Assembly (NCBI RefSeq): GCF_009914755.1
Contig: NC_060934.1
Strand: one strand, 5' to 3'
DNA from: the human T2T-CHM13v2.0 reference genome, Homo sapiens
Length of the DNA: 64,000 nt
Shown: in pieces, positions 1 to 12,428 of the stretch
Numbering within the stretch: position 1 is the first letter of the stretch
How the letters are laid out: each line of letters starts with the position of its first letter
Position numbers and translations under genes: made by a program
Notes under the pieces: generated by a model
What the model was told of the DNA's origin: nothing
The model's database searches: none
The model's input: the letters and a program-made list of their open reading frames with translations, nothing else

Positions 1-245
1 TGGTACAGAAGCAATAGATTTTTCTCTTTATTTTTTTAAATAAATATAATTTTATTCTAAAGGAATATTATTATATGGCAACACTTTGAGAACCATAAAG
101 GCGCCTTTGAAATGTTGTTAGAAAATCACTTAAATCATATTTTTTATGAATAAATTGATGCCATTTTCAGGCACAGTATTTTTTTGGGCAAGCACTGTAC
201 AGCATAATTCAAAATATACCCATTTACAGAATCCAATTAGGTATT

Positions 246-380
246 TTTCTGCTCACAATTATATGATGGCTGATTTCTGCTCACAATTATATGATGGCGG
301 ATTTCTGCCTACATTATGATATGATATGATATGATATGATATGATATGATGGCTGATTTCTGCCTACATTATGATATATA
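246..380. repeat. 28-bp minisatellite (4 units) with embedded (ATGAT)7 microsatellite
   Basis: Units TTTCTGC(TCACAATT/CTACATT)AT..GATGGC start at 246, 274, 302 and 357; ATGAT x7 at 316-350. Confidence 0.85.
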
Positions 381-856
381 ACTGCTCTACAGAACATGAA
401 ACAGAATTTCATAACATCAGTTATATTTACACTACTTTAAAAATCTTTCAAGATATAAGAATCAAGCTATCAAATATGGAGTTTTTAACAAGCAATAGTT
501 TTTTTTTTTAGGTCTGAAAACTTTTTAAACTGAGGTTATAGCCCATAGGCAAAGGGAGCTTCTTTCAGCACTGCTGTATTCTCTTCAGTATCTGCCTTCC
601 TCGGGCTAGCTCTGTCCACGTTCTTCTGGGTCATGTAGGACTCTGTTGAGAGTGGCAAGAAGCATCCAGCAAACACCTGCATTCTGAAATTTCCAACTGT
701 TTCCTTTAGAGCAAGAGCTGACTTTGCAAGGTATTGCAGGAATCAGTTGATCGACTGCTATGGCATGGCATAAACAGGGTTTCCAGATCATCATATTTAT
801 GTATAGCATTTAAAATATGTTTTCAGTTTTGTTACCAGCAACACAGCCCTTCTTGG

Positions 857-917
857 TAATAATTAGTATACAGCCTTTACTAATAATTAGTATACAGCAC
901 TAATAATTAGTATACAG
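857..917. repeat. Short tandem triplication of TAATAATTAGTATACAG
   Basis: Copies start at 857, 881 and 901. Confidence 0.85.
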
Positions 918-1371
918 GCTTTCCTTCTGCAAGAGAGCACTCACCCCAAATAGTGACTGAAATAGACTGGAGGTTAATTTCTCTTTCATGGAAAACCTAG
1001 TTAGAGCTAGTCCAGGGCTGATAGGCAACCACAGTGTGTTGGGACACAGGCTCCTTCTCTTTTGTCACTCTGACATCCTTAGGGTTTTAGCTTCATCTGA
1101 TTGATATAAACTGGCTTCACACCATGACTTCATTCCTACCAGGGGAGAGGGAAAGGGGCGAGGCACATTTCTTCTGAAGTGCATGACCGAGAAATTGCAA
1201 AAATTACTTCTGCTAACATCTCACTGCTGAGAACTTAATCTACAGCATGTTGGGTGCACGATGCCTGGGAAATGTGGTCATTATTCTGGGCAGTTATGTA
1301 CTCAGTTAGAGGAATTCTATTACTATAGAAGGGGACAATAAGTATTGGGGGACAATTAGCAGTCTCTGTCT
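915..1371 (-). mobile_element. MLT1J/K-like ERVL-MaLR solo LTR (old)
   Basis: Ends ...gggggacaattagcagtctctg, the reverse complement of the MLT1J/K start as recalled; also contains gggaaatgtggtc. Confidence 0.55.
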
Positions 1372-2835
1372 CGGGATGATCCCCCAAATGAAATGGGGGC
1401 TGGATTGTGGGGAGCTGAAAAAGCAACAGATGTCTACTACAATGCCTCTCCTCTGAGCACTCCAGCCCCTTCTATTCCCTTCAATCCTTGTGACCTAATT
1501 GTCCTTTGGGCATCTGTCTCAGGTCCCCTGAATCCCCCATCATGTAGGCTTTGGGGCCAAGGCACCTCTGATTTAGCCTATATTGTCAGCTTGCAGCTGA
1601 TAATTATTATTAGGGACTCAGGAAAATGTCTGTGGAACTAAATTGAGGTAGTAATAGGCATTTCTGAATCAACTGCCTTCCATTCATTCATTCATTCATC
1701 CAGCCAGCCAGCCAGCCAGCAAACATCTATTATATGCTAAGTCCCAGGGAGTCAGTGTCTTTTTGTCAGACAAAAAGACAGCCTTTTCATTTATGGCTCT
1801 TTTGGCTAGAGGGGTCTCTTGTACCCTAGAGATATTTTGCTAGAAAAGCAGATGCTGTTTAACTGAATCAAAGCTCTCTCTTCCTTAGGCATTGATACAT
1901 CCCAACTTAGCATTTCCTCAAAGCTTGCACAGAGGCTGTCCCCAGCGGTAATTTGTGCTTTGGGACAGCTCAGTATCAGGTTCCCTTAGTCTGGCAACAG
2001 TGTCTTGCCCTTTCCTTTGGGGAACCACTCTTCACTAGTCTCTGTGACCCACTGTCAGCCCTACTGCAGGGCCCCACCATTTTGGGAAGAGCAGTGACAC
2101 AGGCTGGTCAATTGAAGAGCTCTCTCTCTGGTCCAGGATTGTCAAGTAGGGGCAGTAAGACTTGATTTGTGGGTTGTTTAGATCCAGAGATGTGAGGGTG
2201 TAGATTTAAGGTTGCCAGCAACTTTCTTTCCCAAGAGGAGAGAGACTACGGTACCTCGGTACTACCCCCATCATTTCTTCTTGCTCTGCTATTACATAAA
2301 GAAGTCACCTCTTTCCTCCTATTGAACTCCTGAATCTCAGCCCATTGAGGACCTTATTGCCAGTAGCAATTCTGGCTCCTGTATCTCCTGTCCACTCCTT
2401 CTCAATGGGTACTTCTCCCTAGCAGTCAAATGTGCTCAGTTCGTTACAATGTGTAGTGGATACTTGTTTCTGGTCACTCAGGCTTCAACCTCCCTGCTGG
2501 GGAAAACTGTCTTGTGAGCAGTCTCGGTGGGGCAGTGGGTGATCCTAGAGAGGCATTGGGCCAGGTATTCCTCCAGGTATGTCGATCCAAGGGCAGAGGG
2601 CATGTGGCCATAGCTCGGCCAAACAAACTGCCACTCCACTGGGATTTTGAATCTTGAGCTGAGAGACACACCAAGGACCATGGACAGGAATCCTTTCTGT
2701 GGAGGTGGCACTGGGGAGCAAGTGGTTCCTCCTGTTGGGATCTGGAGTCACCTGGCTCCTGCCTTGAAGAACATGGCTGAAAGCATTAGCATCTGGAGAT
2801 CCCTGCGATCTTTTGACATATCCCCTTTTGCTTAA

Positions 2836-3308
<473 letters not shown>

Positions 3309-3786
3309 TAACTTAACCAGACTTGCTTTCTGTTGTTTGAAATAAAGGAAACCTATTACAGGATGCAGATAATAAAACAAGCAAGCAAACAAAAAAAATA
3401 GCATTAAAAAAATGCCTCTCTTGACCCTACATTCCTTCCCAAGTGACACCTTTCTTCTCCCCTTTATGGCTGTGTTTAAAAGAGGCATCTGCACATGCAC
3501 CATCTCTGGTTCTCTCCTCCAGCTCATCCCCCAACCCACGCCAGTGGCTTCTGCCTCTGCCACCTCACTGAAGGAGCTTGCTCCAAGTGCCCTGTGTCAC
3601 CATGATGTCCCAGTTTCCCACTATCTTTTCTGGGTGCTCCTCCATCCTTTGTCACCTGGTGACTCACAAATGGGTCCTAAGCCCTCTCCTCACTCTACTC
3701 TTTCCCTGAAGACCTTATCCACCCCTGTGACTTCAGCAACCACCCCATGTCCATGACACCCAGACTTCTGAAAAACTCCGGTCCTT

Positions 3787-4088
<302 letters not shown>

Positions 4089-4419
4089 CCCCTCCAATCC
4101 TGTAATGTGCAACCCACCTGTCCACGTGGTGCCTCAAACATCCCAGTGTGCCCCCGCTGGACCCCTGAGTGCACCCCACACTCATTCCTCTTCTGTCAGG
4201 ATTCAGAGTCTCAGCAAATGGTAGTTGGCCCATGTGGTCCTCAGGCCTGAGCTGCTCTCTACCAAAGCAATCTACACATATCCATCCCTTCCTTCCCCCA
4301 TGCAGTGCAGCTTGTACCTCCAGGACCTGACCCAGGAGGAGCTCAGTAAATATTTGATCAAGTGACTGATAGCAGCGATAACACTCCACGGGACACGTTC
4401 ACAAACACCCTCTTCCCCC

Positions 4420-4563
4420 AGCCCTGTTAGGTAGGTATAATTACTACCACTCTGCAGATGAGGAAACTGATGCCCAGAGAGATGAACAGTTTTGCTTGGG
4501 TGTGGGGTTGCACAGCCAGTGAATATGTGGGGGAGTTGAGATTGGAATTTAAGTGTGACTCCC
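4420..4563 (-). mobile_element. MIR SINE fragment
   Basis: Core CAGATGAGGAAACTGA..CCAGAGAG. Confidence 0.7.
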
Positions 4564-6074
4564 CATCCTGGGTTCTCCCTGGGCAGCTGCCACAGCCAGG
4601 GGAGCCTCCTTGCCAGGGCATGAATGGACGAAGGGGGCCAGTTGGACAAGGAGTGATGCCCTGGGGTGAGGGCCAGCCAGCTGTGTTCGCAGGTAGATTG
4701 CATGGCAGACATCTCCTGACACCCAGCCCCAAGAAGGCTTCCTTGAAACACACAGTGAGGTTCTTGGTTCTTGAGATGTCCTGGGAGCTGAGAGCCCCAG
4801 GTTTGGGGCCTGGATCTGGCACCAACTCTCAGTGTAACCACAAGCAGTCCATCCCTTCTTGGGGCTCAGCTGACTTCACTAAAGAGGGAATATGAGTAAG
4901 ATGCCTAAGATGTGGAAGCAGAGGTCCTAATTCCTGGACAGGGGCAGAAGTGGGTAGTGGCCTCAGCAAACAAATCCCCTATTTACCTCCTTTAAGCAGG
5001 ATCCTCCTACCAGGCAGTGTGTGATGGTGAGGCCCAAGCCTGGGGTCTGACGTCGACACCCCTGTGGGCATTTGGCCAAAGGCAGCCATCTGCCAGAATC
5101 TGAGAGCTGCTCTCAGACCTCACTGGAGAGGGCTACCTGGGGCAGTCTGAGTCTCTCTGGGCAGACTGAGGTCCTTTGCTACCCAAACGGGGAGAATTAG
5201 AGATACTGTTGGCTCCTGGGCACTGGAAGGGAGGAACGCAGACCTCTCAGCACAGGGCTGGGCCAACAAGTTGAGGGTCCCGGCACAGGGGACAACGGAG
5301 AAGTGCCAACATTGGGACCCAATTATGTGATACTGGGGCCCAGAGATAGTACAGGTGCCTCATACCACGTGGCCCTGGGTGGACAGCAGGAATCTATTGC
5401 GAGTGGCGGGAGGCCGGGGCTGCCTGTCCTGCGCCCTGAAGCTGGCCAGCGGTTGTGGAAACTGGGGGATATTGAGGGAACGGTAGGCCCAGGTCCTCAG
5501 CCTCATAGTGTGGAACCTGGCGATCCCAGGGCCTGGGCTGGCCCCCGGCGTCACGGGACCGGGAAGGCGCTGTGGTGCTGCGGGGAATTGCGGAGAAGAA
5601 GGCGGGCTCCGGTGGAGGTGGCTCATCCCCGCACGGTCACTGCCCTCGCCCGCTGTTGGGGTCCGCGGCTGGGAGACTGAAGGCCTCAAGTCGGGCTGGG
5701 TAGGGGCACGTGGGCAGGGAAAGGGGTGGTAGATTACCAGTCTTCAGGGGCGGGGCTGGAGATGCAACCCTAGGGAAGGAGTCTACCAGGCTGGGCTCTT
5801 GAGGGGCAATGGAGGGCTCCGGGGGCCAGGCCAGGCCAGGATCATGGAGTTCAAAGGACTGGAGTGAGGTTTGGGGTCCATGAGAGTGGAGCTCAGAGGA
5901 TGGGACTGTGGGTCCAGGATTTGGGACCTGGGGCTGGAAAGTCCGAGGCTAGTGGAGACCAGGCCTGGTATCCCAGACGAAAGGGCCCTATAGGAATGGG
6001 GTCTCGTGGGCGGGATCTGGAGCCAGAGAATTGTGAGAGGTGGAGCTAGGATGGAGAAGGCGAGAGGAAAGGGG

Positions 6075-7300
6075 TAGCCGCCGGCGGCGCGGAGACCTCA
6101 ATGCGGGGCGTGGTGCGGGGGGGGGGAACTGGAGCGAGGGGGCACTGGAGCGAGGGGGCGGGGCTACGAGGAGGTGGACTTGAGGGGCTGGGTCTGGGGC
6201 CGGAGAATCGTGGGGAGCTGCGCCTATACACCCGGGACGGTGGGGTTGCGTCGGGGAAGTGGGAGTCTTGGGGGTTCGCTGGGCAGCCTGGAGAACAGGC
6301 GGTCGTGGTGCGGGCGGGGCCGAAAAGACCGAGGACAGTGGGGACCCGGCCTGAGGAGGGGTCGGGAAGGAGGGGTGGGGACGCGCGGACGCAGATCCCG
6401 GGGCGCGGCGGGGCGGTGGCAGGCTCCAGAGTGGGACGGGCCCAGGTGAGCGAGGTCTCCGCCCGCCGCCCCTCCCGCCGCCCCGGTGCCAGCTGCCTCG
6501 CTGGCCCCTCCCTGTACCCGGCGCTGGCTCCGCGGGCCGGGCCGACGGCGGCGGGCGGCGTCTCGCGCCCAGGCCAGGTCGGCTCCGGCTCCATCTTGGG
6601 CCGCGGCACCTGGCACCTGTGGCGGCCGCAGGAGCAGCGCTTCCCCCGCCTGCGCGGACCCGGCGGGCGAGAGGGTGAGAGGCCGGCTCCGCGCGCTCCC
6701 GTTGGGGCGGGGGGCGTGGTGGGCGGCACCTCCCCCTTGCTGAGCCTCAGAACCCACTCCTTCCCGCTGCCTGCGCTCAGACCCCCGGCATCCTGGCCCC
6801 TGCCCAGCGCCCAGAGCCCCGGGTGGCCGCATCGCACTCCCCGCGCTCCGCCTCTCATTGTCCTGTCCTGTCCCCTCTTCCACGTCTCCTCTGCCCATCC
6901 TCCCATTTTCACAAGTCTGTCCGGGACCCTGTCTCCTTCGGCCTCCACCCCTGCTGCCATCGCTCCTCCCTCTCCCCTTCTTCCTTTTCCCCTCCCTCAG
7001 CCTCCTGCGCCGCCTACCCCGCCCCCAGCCTTGCTGCCCTTTGGCTTCTCCTGCCCCGCATCCTTACCCCGGCCCACAGCCCCATTTGCCTGCAGTCGCT
7101 GCCTTTGCTCCTGAGAAGGTCTGTAGCCTCGTTTCGGGCCCGTATTGAGCCCCCTTCTCCCTAAGTCCGGGTGGGCTTTGTGCAGGAGGGGCGGGAGGGG
7201 AGCTATTCTGGGCGAGGCTGCGTGGTGCGGTGCGTTCAGGCCTTTGGCCCCGCAGCAGGGGCGGCCTGTGCTTGGCGTGCAGAGTGCAGCTGGGTAGACG
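6075..7300 (+). promoter_or_regulatory. GPRIN2: CpG island / GPRIN2 promoter
   Basis: Very high GC and CpG density, multiple GGGCGG boxes, strong splice donors at 6446 (CAG|GTGAGC) and 6675 (GG|GTGAGA). Confidence 0.85.
6510..6674 (+). other. GPRIN2: GPRIN2 non-coding first exon (5' boundary approximate)
   Basis: Lies in the CpG island and ends at donor GAGG|GTGAGA; consistent with the three-exon GPRIN2 structure as recalled. The TSS cannot be read from sequence. Confidence 0.55.
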
Positions 7301-7891
7301 CTGTTACTGCATACGGGCCTGTGTGTCCCAGGCTGGGGCATGAGTGCTTGTGAGCGTGCAGATAGGGACACACCGGCCGCCTAGGCTGCTTCTAGGCCGG
7401 GGCACCCTCTCCACCTAGGTGCCCCCCAGGGATTGTGGGCAAATCCTCCCCAGGGGAGGAAGCTCAGGGGCTGTTGGGCGCCTAGGCCTCTTCCTGGTGA
7501 GCAGAGCCTCATCCATGGGGCCACTGACCCCACAGTTACCCCAGAACCCTTTCCTGGCACAGCTTGTGACCCGGGGCATGTAGCCCTTAAGGCACGTTCA
7601 TTGTGAAGGGCAGGTTTTGTCTCCTCCAAACCCTCCCTTTAGGAATGCTGCCTGCTGCTTTGCCCAGAGTTGGCCCTGAGTGTTCCTATCAGGCCCCGTT
7701 CACTCTGGGGTGGATTAAACCACCTCCTGGAGGGAGCTGTATCCCCACTGTGCAATGGGGGTTTGTGCTGTGTGCATTCCTGCCTGGTCCTTGAGAGGTA
7801 AGGTCCATATTTTAACATAGAACCAGTTTTCCTGCCTGATCATATAGGTTTGCTTTTCCTGTTTTGGTTTTGCCGGACACATAAGTCATCA

Positions 7892-8231
<340 letters not shown>

Positions 8232-8475
8232 AGAGGGGACTTAGATGGATGCCACAGTGTCGTCTGAGATGGAGCCCACTTGTGGTGGTCTTGGTAGTCC
8301 CCTGGGCATATCCCAAAGGCCTGGGCTCCTCTGCTGTGGCAGCATGGCGGGAGCTGGACTCTGTACGTTGACTCAAAGGTCTCTATGTTTGGGCTAGTCT
8401 GGAAGTGTCTGAGAACTGGGGGCTTTTACTCAAAATGACATTGGTTGATTGCTACATAGGTGGTTGATCTTCCAG

Positions 8476-8586
8476 TTACTGACAGGTGGAACCTGAGGCA
8501 GCAGGACAGCCTGGCATTGGCCACGGGACATCGGCCACAACCATAGCAACTTCGGCATCAAATGGGGCAGGAGAGAGAACATTAAG
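8476..8586 (+). other. GPRIN2: GPRIN2 non-coding exon 2 (5'UTR)
   Basis: Acceptor TCTTCCAG| at 8475 (alternative GACAG| at 8485) and donor AAG|GTATCG at 8587. Confidence 0.65.
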
Positions 8587-9039
8587 GTATCGTTCAAAGA
8601 ATACTAGAGGTCTTGGATACTTCTGTATGCCTGTTCTTTATCTTGTCCTAAAAGATCTTCCGAGGGTCCCTTTAGGGCAAAACCAGAACCTTCTGTGTTG
8701 TTATAAAGGCAGGGTGGGTGTGCCATTCTGGGCATTTAAAGTGCAGACTCTAGACTTGTATGCATGCGTAGCCTCCTAGGTTAAGATTTAAAATAGGCTC
8801 TGGGAAACCTAGTTTGGTGATAGGGAGACTGGGGACACTGATGGTGACCTGGTCCTAGGATGGGATGAAGGTAGCGAGGATGGGAAGCTAGAGGAGGCTA
8901 ACCTTTGGGGTGTCTTGATGGCTTCTGAAAAGGGCCTCTCTGGCCCCCAGTACTAATACTTGTTATACCATGAACTTAAGCTGCTCTTGATGGGAGGGGA
9001 AAGAGAAGATTATTGTTAACAAACACTGTTGCAGACAGT

Positions 9040-9135
9040 GCACATGCTGTCACATTTAGTCTTCACAACAACCCTGCAGGGTGGGGATTTATTTGTTTTG
9101 CAGATTGAAGAAACTGAGGCTCAAAGAAGTTAGGG
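9040..9135 (-). mobile_element. MIR fragment
   Basis: CACAACAACCCTG...TTTTGCAGATTGAAGAAACTGAGGCTCA. Confidence 0.65.
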
Positions 9136-10004
9136 GTCCACCTGTGAGTACATGCACAGGAAGGGGAAGAGCCCCCATTGGAAGCAGAGCCCTGCCCCTT
9201 CCTCCTCACCCCTGGCTCCCTGGGAGGCCCCTCCTCTGGCCCAGTCCACAGCACTGTGACAGGCAGTGTGGAAGCCTCTTTCCCCCAGTACCCCCCTCAG
9301 AGCCCTTCCTTCCTTCTGAGCTGGGAAGGCCAGGTTGTAGTTAGCCAGGCCAATCCATTGGGGTTCTGAATTAGCCACTTTCAGCTGTGTGTTCTTTGAC
9401 ATTTCTGAGCTGCTCCAGGCCTCAGTTTTGTCACCTGCCACTTGTGGAGGGGGAATGGGGAAGGGAACCAATAGATACATAGCCCACACGGGGGTCTCTG
9501 GGTGATGACTAGCCCTGGGTGCTGGGCAGCCCTCTGGTGAGACAGGCACAGTGGGATGCTCATTGCTCATGGCTTCTCAGTGGGTCTTGGTGGGGGTCTG
9601 AGGACCTCATTCCACCTGTCTCCTCAGGGGCCAGAGGCTGCTGGCCTGGCTGTTTATGGCCCCCCTCCCTGGGAGGGTGGTGGGGTTTGGCCAGAGGCTG
9701 TGTGGATGTCCAGATGGGGCCTCCCTGGGGTCTTGGACCTGCAACTGAGTGGTTGTCTCCCTGCCAGGGGCTGGCAGTGACCACAGCTGTCCCAGTCAGG
9801 AGGAACACCTCCTGCCCTCCTCATTCTTGCAGCCTCAGGAGCTGCTAAGAAGCATGTTGGGCAGGTGGAGATCCACTCAGTGACTTGTTCCATGGCATGT
9901 CATGAGCACGATTGGCAGGGCCAGGCCAGATCAGTAAAAAGGGTGAGAGCTGCGAGGCATAGGCCTGCTCAGTGCTCGAAGGGGAGAGGAGCTCAGCTGC
10001 CCCA

Positions 10005-10170
10005 CAGGTGTGTGCCCTTGGGGGTCACTGAACCTCTCTGAGCTTATGGAATTCTCCTGTCTGTAGAATGGAGATAATGACTGTCTCAAGAGGTTGCTTG
10101 CACAGTTATATGAGACAATGTATGCAAAGGATGTGGCACGTGCCTGGCCCTTGGCGAGTGATCAGGCCCT
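10005..10170 (+). mobile_element. MIR fragment
   Basis: GTCACTGAACCTCTCTGAGC...CTGTCTGTAGAATGGAGATAATG...TGCCTGGC. Confidence 0.65.
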
Positions 10171-10374
10171 GGCAGCTGTTATTATCATCGCTGTTACGGG
10201 CTTTATTGCCCTCCTTTGTTTGTATGTCCATCTTAGAGCTCATTGAGGGCAGGGTCTGGGTCAGATTTCTCTCTTGGCTACTCCTCCTCTTCCTGATCCT
10301 CCCAGGGACAAGTCTGGCTTCAGCCCCGTGAAGCAGCTGGGATGGGACATCCTTACCAGGCCGGGGCTGTGTTC

Positions 10375-10568
10375 AGAGCTGCACAGTCCTGTACGGTAGC
10401 CATTAGCCTCATGTGGCCAGTTAGATTCAAATAAAACTTAATCATTCAGTGTCTCAGTTGCAGTAGCCCCCTGCCGAGTGCTTGGTACCCACATGCCATT
10501 GGTGCCTACCTATTGGACAGCACAGGGTAGAATCTTTCCATCATCGCAGGAAGTTGTGCAGAGCTGGA
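10375..10568 (-). mobile_element. MER3-like hAT-Charlie MITE
   Basis: TACGGTAGCCATTAGCCTCATGTGGC ... TATTGGACAGCACAG ... TTTCCATCATCGCAG match MER3 motifs as recalled. Confidence 0.7.
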
Positions 10569-12428
10569 GTCTCAGGGACTACAGCACCAGTATCATCCTC
10601 ACTGTGGCTCAGCAGCCACCAGCCATCTCCTGAGTGCTGGGCTGCCAGGACATTTGTAATTACACAGAAAGCGAGTCCCACAGCCCTTCCCGAATTTCCT
10701 CTCGGGTAGCCTTGCTCACCTGGTCGGGGAGGTTGTTTCCTGGAAGTCTTTATCAGCCTAGGCTGGGAGGGCAGGGCTGGGATTGCCCAAATGCAGCTGC
10801 TGCCTCCTGTCCCCACCCTGTTTCTCCCACCTCTCCTGCCTGGCAAGGAGTCCCAGAGTGATCTCCCTAATTCACTGCTGTGGCCAGGGCCGAGGTGGCC
10901 CAGACACTTTGACCCCACTGCTCCCCTCATATGCTCTGGACACATGGCCTCTTTCCTCCTGCCCACTCCGCTCTCCACCTGAACACCTTCTTGCTTCTCT
11001 CACTCCAGGCCTGACTTACGTGGCTGGTCCTCCAGGAAGCCTTTTCTCATCTCTCACCCTCCGTGAGCTCTCCTGCCTTGGCGGTGCCCTCCCTCAGACC
11101 CCATTTTTGGCACTCAGTGCCCTCCTCTGTGGGTGTGTTCTTGTATTTGCTTGTTCTCTTGGTCAGGCACACAGCAGATAATCCTCTGAGTGCCGACGAC
11201 ACATCAGGTCAGTGCTGGGTGTTGGACAGCCAGAGGGGAGCAGGCCACAGGCCAGGCTTTGCCAACTTCAGGCCTGTGGGGAGGCTGACAGTTGGCCAAA
11301 CTGTTCCATGCAGGCCCAATGCTCAGTCAGGGATGAAGGCTGCCTGGCTGGAGGGTCGGGAAAGGGGCCCCAGGAAGAGATGCAGAAGTGGAAAGGGCCA
11401 GAACTGGCTCTAGGCTGCAGCTGCCAGGTCCAGGGTGGTCTTTATGGCTGGGGGAAGTGACAGCGATGGTACGGAGGGTGGGGGACAATGAGGATGCAGG
11501 CACACTGGGCAAGAGGGGGTTAAATGTCAGGCAGGATAGGTCTGATTGATGGTACTGGGTGGGCATCTTATCTCACTGCTGCACCATCCCCAGGGGTACA
11601 GAAAGGTCTGAATGAATCCCATGTTCCCTAGCCCTACAGCTGGGCACGCAGTAGGGGCTCAGGAGATGCTGTGGAATCAATGACCAGATGCTGAATGAGT
11701 CCCTCATGGAAAAAGCTGATGCATGGGGCCTCTCCTTGCCCCTGGAGCTAGAGGTAGGAGTCAGGGAACCCCAGAGACATGCCAGCTCAGCAAGGCTAGG
11801 CCAAGGAGGATGGGGGTGGTTGTGGAAGCCCAGGGTGATTCTCAGTGTCCTCTGGTCATTGCTCCCTCGTCCTGTGAACTTTCTCTGAGCTCCCACTCTG
11901 TACCAAGGAGACCCTGTCCACAGTGAGTTGGATACTGCCAGTCCCAGGAGGAAGTAGCCCAGTATTGGCCTGTCCAACTGTGCCCGTTAAGAGGCCATAG
12001 TGCTTCCGTGCTGGTTGACCAAGAGCTGTTATCCCACAGCCCCACCCCCTAGGGCTGCAGTTTCACCCCCAAAGCCCCAGCAGATTTGGCTCTCTCCCTT
12101 CCCCTCCCACACAAACCAGCCAGTAAAGAGTTGAGAGCTGATAGAGTGGCGGCCTCCAGGACCCCACCCTAGGGCAGATTCTAACTGCTTGAGACTGATG
12201 ATGAGATAATTTGCAGTGTCATCCTTGTGTCTAATGTGAGATGACCTTGATTTGAAGTGTCTGGTGTCTTGTCACTGCCTTGCATATGGTTCTGACCAGT
12301 CAGGCAGGCTGGGACTGAAGGTGGCTCCCTGGTGAACCTAGCGCTGTGGGAGTTCATAGTAGAATCGGCTTAGGTGCTGCCACCCAACTCAACTCCACTC
12401 CCTCCCTTTCTCTCTTCTGCAGGCAGCC

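Noticed and set aside
6046-7164. Long overlapping ORFs on both strands (337, 304 and 224 aa)
   Set aside because: Gly/Arg/Pro/Ala-rich products expected from a stop-poor CpG island, with no recognisable domain. Splicing the 6101 ORF from 6674 into exon 2 hits TAG, so it gives no N-terminal extension of GPRIN2.
11573-11977. 134-aa minus-strand ORF with a signal-peptide-like N-terminus
   Set aside because: Non-ATG start, intronic antisense location, no recognisable family; length is within chance for GC-rich DNA.
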